DNA from: Macrostomum hystrix
Taxonomy: Eukaryota; Animalia; Platyhelminthes
NCBI GenBank assembly: GCA_950097015.1
Contig: CATNEN010000015.1
Span: 992,001-1,056,000, forward strand
Direction: 5' to 3'
DNA length: 64,000 nucleotides
The notes under the pieces are model-generated. The model did no database searches and was not told the DNA's origin. It saw only the letters and a list, made by a program, of their open reading frames with translations. Below, one piece after another: positions 12,301 through 22,184 of this stretch. Each line of letters starts with the position of its first letter. The stretch's first letter is position 1. Both the position numbers and the translations under genes were made by a program.

Positions 12301-15300
12301 ATCAGGCGGATAAGGATGTGCATGAGATCATGATGAAGGAGGGGGGCATGGGCGAGGCTGAGCTGGCTGACACCATGTACAAAAAGCTGAAGCAGAAGTT
12401 CTACTGGAAAAAGTGGTGCGTCATCAGCACCAGACAGGAAGACATCATGAGCTACATCTTTCAGCGTCGGCTTGGTTTGAACTCGCATCACTGGCTAAAA
12501 ATCGGAAGCGGAAAGCGAGTTGAGGTGACAGTCTCTGACCCAGTTCATCTGAATATGCACGCCATTCGAGGCGCCATCGGTCACACAAAGGTCCAGGCTT
12601 ACACTACATTCATCCCTGCCAGTGAAATGCAGAGACATTTTCGTGATGGCCTGAGAGGATGGAGTCAGAATGAGCATACCTACTCTTACGCGGTGCGCGC
12701 AGCCTGTGCCGGATGTCGGCTGTACGCTGCTGGGGACCCTGGCCAGTACCATTCTGAGAACTTCGTTTCATTCTGGCTGTTGCTGATAATCCCTGCGGCC
12801 GTTGATGGCAATATCGCGGCTTGCTAATGTGCATCGAGATTTCATGCTTATATTATGAGCTGTGAGAATCGAACTGAATAAAAAATTAATAGAAAATTCA
12901 ATTCGCGCGCCTTCGGCGATGCAAACTCGGTCGGACTTATTGAGATTTTTTGTTTTTCGGATGCATTCATTTTATGCCGACATTTCGCCTAGCAGTTTTT
13001 TTGCAGGATATATTAGTGTTTAGATCATGATTCCAAAAACTGTAGTCGGTTTTTATTAGCCGGTTGTTACTAACGAGGCATTTAAGTTGGGAAATGCAAA
13101 TCAGAAAAAAAATTGTTGAAGGGCTGCTAGCGATCATGCATCATTTGGTCACACTGAATGTGTTGGTTGATCGACCCGCAGTTACATCAATTCTATGTAC
13201 TGGCAGTTTTATTGGCAAAACAATAAACACATAGTATAAATACACAGGCAAATTGAAAAAGTACTTAAAATACTCTGTATTTTGGATTAATCCATACATT
13301 ATTTACATAAAGCCATTCGAGTAAAAGTTGTTAAATTAATGAAAAAAGTACAAAATATTTTATCAATCATACACTGTGACAGGCTCGGTGGTACTAAAGT
13401 TCGCAAATAAGTTCTGTGACCCGAGATAAAGTAAGAACTGAACAAATGGATTAGCCTCAGCTGTGAGAAAATGCCGTGTGTTAATCTGGCGAAAAACTTG
13501 CTGCATTGACAGCTAGTTGCTGCGAATTTTCGTTGAATCGAATGAATTTTCCGCTGTTTCAATTGTTTTAATTAACTCTAAGCAAATTTTTAAATCTTCA
13601 TCTTCCAGTTGCTCATTCGTGGTCATGAGCAGTCTGAAAGCATTCTTGGCCAGCAGTCGCGCTTCGGCTAATGGCCAAACTGGAACAATTCCGCAACAGC
13701 CACCTCCTGTCTACCGAGTGTCAGTTCGCATCTACCTGCCTGACATTGATCGGTTCTTTTCAACGCAGCCGGCCAACAGGTCGCCCGCTGGCGATGGTAT
13801 CGACTCTGTCTTCAGTGTTGACATCGAACAGGACAGCTGCGGCGGGCTGTTTGAACTTATAGAGTAAGTTCGCTTACGCCATAGATTTGCTCAGCATTTA
13901 AGGGATTGGATTAGGAAATAAAGCTCAGGGTCAAGCAGTTAAGGGTCAGTGGATGAGAGGTCAGGCAATTAAGGGTCAGTGGATGAGGGGTCAGGCAGTT
14001 AAGAGTCAGTGGATGAGGGTCAGGCAGTTAAGAGTCAGTGGATGAGGGTCAGGCAGTTAAGAGTCAGTGGATGAGGGGTCAGGCAGTTAAGAGTCAGTGG
14101 ATGAGGGTCAGGCAGTTAAGAGTCAGTGGATGAGGGTCAGGCAGTTAAGGGTCAGTGGATGAGGGGTCAGGCAGTTAAGTGTCAGTGGATGAGGGGTCAG
14201 GCAGTTAAAGGTCAGTGGATGAGGGGTCAGGCAGTTAAGAGTCAGTGGATGAGGGGTCAGGCAGTTAAGAGTCAGTGGATGAGGGTCAGGCAGTTAAGAG
14301 TCAGTGGATGAGGGTCAGGCAGTTAAGAGTCAGTGGATGAGGGGTCAGGCAGTTAAGAGTCAGTGGATGAGGGTCAGGCAGTTAAGAGTCAGTGGATGAG
14401 GGTCAGGCAGTTAAGAGTCAGTGGATGAGGGGTCAGGCAGTTAAGGGTCAGTGGATGAGAGGTCAGGCAATTAAGGGTCAGTGGATAAAGGGTCAGGCAG
14501 TTAAAGGTCAGTGGATGAGGGGTCAGGCAGTTAAGGGTCAGTGGATGAGGGTCAGGCAGTTAAGGGTCAGTGGATAAGGGGTCAGGCAGTCAAAGGTCAG
14601 TGGATGAGGGGTCAGGCAGTTAAAGGTCAGTGGATGAGGGGTCAGGCAGTTAAAGGTCATTGGATGAGGGGTCAGGCAGTTAAAGGTCAGTGGATGAGGG
14701 GTCAGGCAGTTAAGAGTCAGTGGATGAGGGGTCAGGCAGTTAAGAGTCAGTGGATGAGGGTCAGGCAGTTAAGAGTCAGTGGATGAGGGGTCAGGCAGTT
14801 AAGAGTCAGTGGATGAGGGGTCAGGCAGTTAAGAGTCAGTGGATGAGGGTCAGGCAGTTAAGAGTCAGTGGATGAGGGTCAGGCAGTTAAGAGTCAGTGG
14901 ATGAGGGGTCAGGCAGTTAAGGGTCAGTGGATGAGAGGTCAGGCAATTAAGGGTCAGTGGATAAAGGGTCAGGCAGTTAAAGGTCAGTGGATGAGGGGTC
15001 AGGCAGTTAAGGGTCAGTGGATGAGAGTCAGGCAGTTAAGGGTCAGTGGATAAGGGGTCAGGCAGTTAAAGGTCAGTGGATGAGGGGTCAGGCAGTTAAA
15101 GGTCATTGGATGAGGGGTCAGGCAGTTAAGGGTCAGTGGATGAGGGGTCAGGCAGTTAAGGGTCAGTGGATGAGGGGTCAGGCAGTTAAGAACTAGTCAG
15201 TGGATGAGGGGTCAGGCAGTTAAAGGTCAGTGGATGAGGGGTCAGGCAGTTAAGTGTCAGTGGATGAGGGGTCAGGCAGTTAAGGGTCAGTGGATGAGGG

Positions 15301-16348
15301 GTCAGGCAGTTAAGAACTAGTCAGTGGATGAGGGGTCAGGCAGTTAAAGGTCAGTGGATGAGGGGTCAGGCAGTTAAAGGTCATTGGATGAGGGGTCAGG
15401 CAGTTAAGGGTCAGTGGATGAGGGGTCAGGCAGTTAAGAACTAGTCAGTGGATGAGGGGTCAGGCAGTTAAAGGTCAGTGGATGAGGGGTCAGGCAGTTA
15501 AGGGTCAGTGGATGAGGGGTCAGGCAGTTAAGGGTCAGTGGATGAGGGGTCAGGCAGTTAAGGGTCAGTGGATGAGGGGTCAGGCAGTTAAGGGTCAGTG
15601 GATGAGGGGTCAGGCAGTTAAGTGTCAGTGGATGAGGGGTCAGGCAGTTAAGGGTCAGTGGATGAGGGGTCAGGCAGTTAAGGGTCATTGGATGAGGGGT
15701 CAGGCAGTTAAAGGTCAGTGGATGAGGGGTCAGGCAGTTAAGAACTAGTCAGTGGATGAGGGGTCAGGCAGTTAAGAGTCAGTGGATGAGGGTCAGGCAG
15801 TTAAGAGTCAGTGGATGAGGGGTCAGGCAGTTAAAGGTCAGTGGATAAGGGGTCAGGCAGTTAAGGGTCAGTGGATGAGGGGTCAGGCAGTTAAGGGTCA
15901 GTGGATGAGGGGTCAGGCAGTTAAGGGTCAGTGGATGAGGGGTCAGGCAGTTAAGGGTCAGTGGATGAGGGGTCAGGCAGTTAAGGGTCAGTGGATGAGG
16001 GGTCAGGCAGTTAAGGGTCATTGGATGAGGGGTCAGGCAGTTAAAGGTCAGTGGATGAGGGGTCAGGCAGTTAAGAACTAGTCAGTGGATGAGGGGTCAG
16101 GCAGTTAAGAGTCAGTGGATGAGGGTCAGGCAGTTAAGAGTCAGTGGATGAGGGGTCAGGCAGTTAAGGGTCAGTGGATGAGGGGTCAGGACAGGCCATT
16201 ACAGCCAGCTATCCCTTACCCGCATTTCAGCGCGGAGTCACTGTCAGGCCGCATCAAGGAGCGAATTGGTGAGAACCAGCGTCAACCGCTCACCTCGGCC
16301 TACGATGCCAGCCTGCGGTTTTTGAACTCACTCTGTGCTCAGCGCTGA
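3312..16348 (+). CDS. KNL1: KNL1/Spc105/CASC5-like outer kinetochore scaffold, 1062 aa, 11 coding exons
   Basis: Exons 3312-3374, 3502-4370, 4947-5290, 5889-6159, 7174-7763, 8207-8447, 8524-8732, 9217-9335, 9412-9521, 13609-13863, 16231-16348. All introns are GT-AG, phases are consistent, total 3189 nt. The N-terminus reads RSRSS|ILK...KRVSFARTYKLKEF (SILK and RVSF PP1-docking pair). It is followed by acidic low-complexity sequence with MELT-like words (MSLT, MEIT, MTCT), a helical segment and a beta-rich C-terminus compatible with tandem RWD domains. Confidence 0.8.
6296..7110. repeat. 45-bp minisatellite (~18 copies) in KNL1 intron 4
   Basis: Unit CCTAGCACAGTGTAGCTTAAATGCAGTTTGTTATGGGTGTCTAAA; explains the 15-aa periodic ORF 6273-7118. 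Confidence 0.95.
7781..7937. repeat. 21-bp G-rich minisatellite (~7 copies, decaying to ~8100) in KNL1 intron 5
   Basis: Unit GGGAGCGGATTGAGTTGGTTG, starting 17 bp after the donor. Confidence 0.9.
9012..9208. repeat. Degenerate AATCCTC/CATCCCCA simple repeat abutting an acceptor
   Basis: Short-period repeat ending at TTTTCCAG (9216). Confidence 0.75.
9714..11000 (-). mobile_element. Decayed Crypton-like tyrosine-recombinase DNA transposon
   Basis: Minus-strand pieces in Crypton order: HLNLRDFLR..NIIKDAAFAQAN; FDRSTPTVQLHVVYF..FG/GREWLR; GWFTKISQGLNSVGGMMKALSNAAGLSKEYTAHRIRPTVISGIPEAGIHHEQICKITGHKEAKTIQRF; C-terminal FNGKFENCLFKFK* (stop 9714-9716). Several stops and frameshifts; the expected catalytic Tyr position reads Phe. 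Confidence 0.8.
11460..11467 (+). promoter_or_regulatory. TATA box of the nested secreted-protein gene
   Basis: TATAAATA lies about 70 bp upstream of ATG 11532. Confidence 0.55.
11532..12827 (+). CDS. Intronless secreted 431-aa protein, rapunzel/SE-cephalotoxin-like (putative toxin/effector), nested in KNL1 intron 9
   Basis: Uninterrupted ORF with signal peptide MRPLFLIALLLVVIAASGAAA. It has a hydrophobic segment GLPGFLGLISKILGIINVFFG followed by DSQQLKEYFDEVNRQF, a helical core, and KLKQKFYWKKWCVIS. GC-rich codons sit within an AT-rich intron, with a TATA box upstream and AATAAA downstream. Family call is from recalled motifs. Confidence 0.85.
   Translation: MRPLFLIALLLVVIAASGAAASDPQRSDMVHRAKEYIDAMQELSKMINKGFEAIKSITNGLPGFLGLISKILGIINVFFGLPSSDSQQLKEYFDEVNRQFEVVFIQMDEVKRLISWESARGKYAEDEKHILLMRTYYKRYISQPENLQIRNQFLTAYEQRILAVTHLYHGVIVTDGVLLDNLADASIKFTNNDRRLTTDFLLGLLKLILQGSQMDILYYRLKGLDAELRQTQWDEKLKELITKIDSTDTHLVSVWFDQADKDVHEIMMKEGGMGEAELADTMYKKLKQKFYWKKWCVISTRQEDIMSYIFQRRLGLNSHHWLKIGSGKRVEVTVSDPVHLNMHAIRGAIGHTKVQAYTTFIPASEMQRHFRDGLRGWSQNEHTYSYAVRAACAGCRLYAAGDPGQYHSENFVSFWLLLIIPAAVDGNIAAC
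12877..12882 (+). promoter_or_regulatory. Polyadenylation signal of the nested gene
   Basis: AATAAA 50 bp after the stop codon. Confidence 0.6.
13927..16188. repeat. 30-bp (29/30 variants) minisatellite, ~75 copies, in KNL1 intron 10
   Basis: Unit GTCAGTGGATGAGGGGTCAGGCAGTTAAGG; source of the RGQAVKGQWM ORFs. Confidence 0.97.
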
Positions 16349-16867
16349 GTGATGTCTCTCTGCAGTCAGTAGAATCGATACTAGCAAGGATAGTTTGATT
16401 ATATAGTTCTAATCTTGCACCCTAGTCTGTCAGTTTCATGTCAGTCACAGAAAGTGTAACTTTGAGTGCAGCTCAAAGTGGACAGCATTTGTTTTACTTC
16501 TCTCAGCTATTCTGAAAAAATCAAATCTACTTTTTTCCCAGAATTTTAATCGAATCACTTTAAAAATGGCATTTGTAAAAAGGTTTTGTAGCTTTTTGCT
16601 TTAATTGTAAATTTTCATTCTTCATAAAATAAAATTGTCTCGGCTCATTGCCGACTTTATTTTTAATTCTTTGCTATTACAAACGTACTACTCGCTGCAG
16701 TAGTGCAGTTACAATTCATATTTAGCTAAGGGAATTTGGAGTGACTATATGTTTATCAGTCTTATCGAATACAAAGTAAACATCATGATGAAAGATCACT
16801 TTATTAAAATAGATATTCCATACATTTTATTAAAACATACTTCCATCCTTCAGTACCTGTTGGTCTC

Positions 16868-17290
16868 GTGGTGATTCTAGCTGTGGTTCTTACTGCGATT
16901 CCAGCTCTGGTACTTACTGCGATTCCAGCTGTGGTTCTTTCTGCGATTCCAGCTGTGGTTCTTTCTGCGATTCCAGCTATGATTCTTACTGCGATTCCAG
17001 CTGTGGTTCTTTCTGCGATTCCAGCTATGATTCTTACTGCGATTCCAGCTGTGGTTCTTTCTGCGATTCCAGCTGTGGTTCTTTCTGCGATTCCAGTTGT
17101 TTCTTTCTGCGATTCCAGCTGTGGTTCTTTTTGTGATTGCAGCAGTGGTTCTTACGGCGATTCCAGCTGTTTCTTACTGCGATTCCAGCTGTTTCTTACT
17201 GCGACTCGAGCTGTGGTTCTTTTTGCTATTCCAGCTGTGGTTCTTACTGTGATTCCAGCTGTGGTTCTTACTGTGATTCCAGCTGTGGTT
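16868..17290. repeat. 24-bp minisatellite (copy 1)
   Basis: Unit GATTCCAGCTGTGGTTCTTTCTGC, decaying toward the 3' end. Confidence 0.93.
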
Positions 17291-17755
17291 CTCGAAATCC
17301 CAGGCAAACGTGTTAACTTCAACAACCGAGGAGGCCAGGAACGAACTGTTGAGGAAGAGCCTCATGGCGTTCGCTGTGGAAGAGGTGGTGAAGCCTAGAT
17401 TCAGTCACCCAGTAGCGTTGTAAGTAAGAGAGGCTGATTGTCTCGGCTTCACGACGACATACGTTGTTGAGGCGGCTGGGTACTCCCACACTTGACCAAA
17501 ATTTGACTCGTTTCAATTTCGGAGCAGTTATAAAAGTCGATCAGCGCCAGAGAGCGTGTCATCATCACCACCAAATGCCAGACATAATCGATTGCCCAGT
17601 ACCTACTTCTGTTTATGCTTTTTCGCCTAACTCGTACAATTCATCGGACTCTAAGCACTTCCCTTCTCATTCCTTCTACTCAAGGTGTTAAAGCATTTCA
17701 ATTTTTGAAGTCTCAGAATTTTAGACGAAGCAATGCTGTGCTTTTGGTGTGGCAG

Positions 17756-17890
17756 CAGGTCCTCTGCTGCTGGGTTGACATTGGTTCTCAGCTGCTGTGT
17801 GTACATTGGTTCTCTGCCGCTGGGTGGACATTGGTTCTCTGCTGCTGATGGACACTCGGTCTCAGCTGCTGGGTGGACACAGGCCAGCAG
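17756..17890. repeat. Degenerate ~24-bp minisatellite (CATTGGTTCTCTGCTGCT core)
   Basis: About 5 diverged units; same core as the array at 28628-28800. Confidence 0.7.
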
Positions 17891-17929
17891 GCAATCAATG
17901 CCCCTCACCAGGCAACCAATGCCCTTCAC

Positions 17930-18640
17930 GGTTAGACAGATTTAGAAAACTATTAGACTCCTTAGAAAACTGTTTGACTTTTAAGAAAACGGTAAGACTC
18001 TTTTATAAACTGTTCAATACATTAAAAAACTTTTAGACGCATTTAGAAAAGTGGTAACTTTTGGACACATTAAAAAACTGTTGGACATGTTTAGAAAACT
18101 CCTGGGCACATTTAGAAAATTGTTAGACTCCTTTATAAACTGTTCAAAATACTAATTAGCTTTCATGCGCATTTAGAAAAGTGATAACTGTTGGACAAAT
18201 TTAGAAAACTGATGGACACTTTTCTCGATTGAAATCGAGACAAGGTTTGATGTTTTACGCGTTCGTACTCGTATTTATGTTGTAGTAAGAAATGAGTAGA
18301 TATCTCTCTTGTATTGAATAATATTATTAATATTCAATTCAATTCAATTGAAGTCTGCTTTGCATATTTTACCTATTTAAATCAAACTCACACACACACG
18401 GGCGATAAAATCTGTGATGTACTTAGAAATCTATTTACAAATGCCTAGATGTGTCATTGTTGTGCCTAGATATCTATCAGTGTTGAGCCTAGATATCTGC
18501 CAATTCTGAGCGTAGTATCTATATATTCTTGGCCTAGATATATATAAAACTGCTGAGCCTCGATATCTATCGATTCTGAGCCTTGATATCTATAAATTCT
18601 GAGGCTAGATATCTAAATCAATTTTGAGCCTAGATACCCT
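17930..18640. repeat. Two degenerate AT-rich minisatellites
   Basis: TTAGAAAACTGTT-like units at 17930-18215 and CCTAGATATCTAT-like units at 18445-18640. Confidence 0.65.
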
Positions 18641-18659
18641 TAGCATTGAGACACAATGA

Positions 18660-19493
18660 TTAATTAGTGACCAGCCAGACACAAAGAGACACAACGGGAC
18701 AATTGGCGAGCAGCGCGCGGGAGGCGCACAGCGAAAAAGCGACCTCCAAACCCCAAATCGAGCAAGCGAACAAAAGCAGAAGGCTGGGAGCTAAAACAAA
18801 GCAGAGACACCGCGGGCAAAAGTCACAGCAGCCTCCGCTGCCTGGTGAAACTGGGGGGAGATAACGCTGCACAGCCTTACTTCTCCAGTCACCAATGCGC
18901 ATGATATCAGCCACTGGGAGGCCCAGCACAGACGCCCAGGTAGCTCCTCCTCGTCGCAGGCTGTGCGCGGAGTAAGATTCTGGTCGAACGCCGACTGCGG
19001 CAAACTTGTCACGGAGGAAGCAGTCCAGGTGCATCTCCGTCAGCTTTGTAGGCGACACAGGCCGCTTTCTGTTCACGCGCAGTCCGAGGACTCGTTTAGC
19101 GCCGCGAAGGAGAAGAACCGCTGAAGCGTGCTTAGTCAGGTCCGGCGACGAGTTAATTCGGAACCAGAGCGACAGAGAGCTGTAGACTGCCGAGATGCTG
19201 CTGTAGGCATGTAGCCGTGTGCCGATCAGACTGGCCAAATAGTTCAACAGGCTCGTGACGTTGCAGGACACTGGATCGCAGCCGGTATGGCGGCAGAACT
19301 CCCGCCACTCACGGACGTGTCTGTTGACTGCCTGCGCCGACCTCGGTGCGTACGCAGCGCTCAGCAGCGATGTGGCGCGGCTGCTAAGAGAGTCTGACGC
19401 AGCTGGGCGGCCTGAAAATGAAGAAAGGAGGCGGTCGCCAGCCAAAAGCATGCTGATACAGTGATTGTAGAATGCTTGGGCATATAAAACCAT
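18660..19493 (-). pseudogene. Ngaro tyrosine recombinase with internal deletion
   Basis: N-terminal SAM-like part (WREFCRHTG..LLNYLASL..SISAVYSSL) is joined directly to YSAHSLRRGGATWA..IMRIGDWRSKAVQRY (H-x-x-R and catalytic Y). The segment with the first catalytic Arg is missing near 19030. Confidence 0.85.
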
Positions 19494-21002
19494 ACAAGCG
19501 GAGTAAAAAGTTTAAAAGCTGGCCTCGCTCATGCAACCGCGAGCCAGCGTCCGCAAAAATGTGAAAATCACCAGGCACATGAAACGCGCGAATGCTCATT
19601 CCAAAGCGCAAACACATCAGAGCCACCGTCTGCAGCAGCCGCTGCAACGCAGGACACTTTGAAACGCCTTTGTTGATGATGTGACAGGCCGTCTGGTTGT
19701 CGCAGTAGATGCTCACCTTGCAACCTTTGAGCACATCCCTCCACCTCATTACTGCCAGCAGAGGGACCAACGCTTCCTTGTAGTTAATCGGCAGGTTCGC
19801 GAAGGCTGATTCTGCATCCTTCTCCCAGTCCAGGTAGCACCAGTCAAACAGACCATCCTGGTCACGCAGCAGCGCCGCACCACCTCTGCCGCACGCATCG
19901 GATTCCATCGCCACAACTCGATTGTAGCTCGGCCACAGCTGCACCCATCGGCACGCCTGCAACGCCACCTTCCACCAGTTCAGCTGACTGCGTAACCCGG
20001 AGTCGACCAGCGTTCGCTGTCCACGCCGTAAGGTGTTGCACCGCTCAATCAGCTCACGCAAGAAGGTCCTTCCGCAACTGATGACCTGCGCTGCCCACCC
20101 CAACTTGCCAATGACCTGTTGGAGGGCCCGCTGACTAATCCTCACCTTGGCTGACTCGGCACCAACCAGGTTGATCAACTTCCTCGCCTTCTCATCCGGC
20201 AGCTTCTTGATTCCTTCCACAGTGTCGAACTCAATTCCAAGGAATGACATCCGGTGCGCCGGCGGCTGACATTTGGCCGGGTTGACGGTGAATCCCAGCC
20301 GAGTCAGCAAGTAAATCAGATCGACGTAGAAGCGCTGGCAGTTCTCCTGCGTCCCGCAGTAGGCAAAGTCGTCCAGGTAAGACTCGTTGTTGATGAAGCC
20401 TCTGCGCACCATCATCAGATGAATCGCATTGCTCAGGCGTTGAAAGCACGTGACCGAGGCTGCCGCCCCGAACGGCAGGCGTGTATCGAACATGTAGGTG
20501 GGAGTGGCGCAGCCAGGAAACTTGAACTTGAGACCGGTGTTGACGAAGTCTTCTGGGTGCACTCCCCACATGCGCGGTATGCTTCACTCAGGTCAACTTT
20601 AGTCTTATAGCAGCCTCTCGTTAACTTACTTGCGAAGTTTTCAGCGCTTGAAAACCGCAACTTCTCATTGCTCTCCCAGTGCGCGTTCACCGACAGATTG
20701 TCCGGCCGACTGCAATCGTGAATTAGACGTACCCGGCCGTCATCCTTCGGCAAGGCTCCCAGCGCACTCACAATCCGAGGGCGCCACCCATCCGAGCACC
20801 GACGGTAGCGGTCAAGGCGAATTTCCCTCAGAATTTGCGTTTGAACAGCTTCAGCGTAAACATTCACAGATTCATAGTTGCTGACCTCGACAGACTTCAG
20901 GTTTTCTCGCAGCACATTCGTAATCCGAAATCCCTCAGACACACCATTCAGAATAAATTGCTTTCTGTCCAGCGGCAGATCAATCGACTCCAACTCTTCC
21001 AT
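19384..21002 (-). pseudogene. Ngaro reverse transcriptase/RNase H, frameshifted near 20570
   Basis: RIVSALGALPKDDGRVRLIHDCS, KVDLSEAYR, frameshift, GVHPEDF..DTRLPFG..SYLDDF; RNase H motifs ESDACG, INYKEA, IYCDNQ, HVPGDFHIFADAGSR. Confidence 0.92.
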
Positions 21003-21065
21003 CCATGCCTCCAGCTTCAGGTCAGTTGATAAAACAGAGGAAGTTAAAACCGGATCGACGCGCAG

Positions 21066-22184
21066 TCAGTGCAGAGGCCTGCTCACCTCAGCACCGTCAT
21101 CCCTGTGCGCCATCGCCGCTGAGTGGCCAAGTCCACAACGCCGGCACCGATGAGCGAAACGGCAGTTCCGCCTTGAACATCCAGTTTCCTTGTTGAAATC
21201 AAAGCAGGGTGGCTGCAGGCTTTGTCTTGGCACCCGGTCAACTCTGGCAGTCGGTGCACTCTGTGGGGCCATCAGGTAGGTGGCAACTCGACCAAGGTCG
21301 GATCCGCGCAACTCCCATGACGTCTCGCCATCTTGACTCAGTCTGCACTCGTCATCAAACCTCATAACTCGAGCCTTGTCGAACCCGAGGTCAAATAGCT
21401 CACCAATGCGCGCAGTGTAGCGCAGGTAGTCTCGCAACTCTGACACATCAGGCTGGCCGCCCAGCCCGCTCTTCACCAACCTGCCATCATCCAGCAACTT
21501 CAGCATGATTCGAGCATTCGCCGAGATCCAGTCTGCAAACGTCAGCGAGTCAGCAACAGCTTCCCTCTCTCTGAAGGTGACTCTTCCGGATTTGTCAATG
21601 GACTGAGTAACTCCTGCTTCCTGCTGCTTCCGCTTGTTAATAAACTCAGGGATTCGGTACACCTTGCCTACAAACCGACTGGGCTCTTGCTGGGCAGCAT
21701 CTTCATCGTCAGACCACAGGTTAATGAGCAACTCACCGGGATTCTTTGACGTCGCAAGCCTTCGCTGAAGTTGGCTGACTTCTGCCTGAAGCAGAGCGGC
21801 CTCCTTGCGTAGCTTTAGCAGTCGGAGCTGCTTCTCAGCCTCCACCAGCTCGTCGTCCAGGCCGCCAGCCGCGTCAGACTCTTGACCATGTTGTACCGAC
21901 TCGTTCGCGATAGAAGGCAGTTGCCTCTCCGCCATAGCGCCGTCTCTTCTCATACGCGTCGTCACTGCGGCAGCTTCATCTTGCTCCTCGTCCTCGTCGC
22001 CCGCATTCTCAAAGTCGGAGGCGATACACTCGAGGTGCGCCCTCAGCCGCAGTAAAAGTTCACATTTTTTGCCTTGTGTTGAAAGCCCTAGGCTCTGAAG
22101 CTTCTGACGTAGCGCCCTTACAGTGGTAGGCGCTTCGGATGCAAGTGGCTCGTTAGAGTTTGGCATGATTGTGCAAAAAATCAA
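21066..22184 (-). CDS. Ngaro gag-like ORF1, 372 aa, N-terminal SAP domain and C-terminal Cys/His finger
   Basis: LRQKLQSLGLSTQGKKCELLLRL matches the SAP consensus; coiled coil; CFDFNKETGCSRRNCRFAHRCRRCGLGH. The ORF is uninterrupted. Confidence 0.85.
   Translation of the reverse strand: MIFCTIMPNSNEPLASEAPTTVRALRQKLQSLGLSTQGKKCELLLRLRAHLECIASDFENAGDEDEEQDEAAAVTTRMRRDGAMAERQLPSIANESVQHGQESDAAGGLDDELVEAEKQLRLLKLRKEAALLQAEVSQLQRRLATSKNPGELLINLWSDDEDAAQQEPSRFVGKVYRIPEFINKRKQQEAGVTQSIDKSGRVTFREREAVADSLTFADWISANARIMLKLLDDGRLVKSGLGGQPDVSELRDYLRYTARIGELFDLGFDKARVMRFDDECRLSQDGETSWELRGSDLGRVATYLMAPQSAPTARVDRVPRQSLQPPCFDFNKETGCSRRNCRFAHRCRRCGLGHSAAMAHRDDGAEVSRPLH

Noticed and set aside
11621-12834. Antisense ORFs over the secreted gene (similarly over KNL1, Ngaro and RasGRF exons)
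   Set aside because: Shadow ORFs caused by high-GC codon usage on the coding strand.
14126-16081. RGQAVKGQWM repeat ORFs (also 29457-30000)
   Set aside because: Products of the 30-bp array, broken by 29-bp variants; only the tail after 16230 is a real exon.
17290-17720. Protein-like fragment (TTEEARNELLRKSLMAFAVEEVV..)
   Set aside because: Interrupted by stops and no diagnostic motif; possibly TE debris but not assignable.
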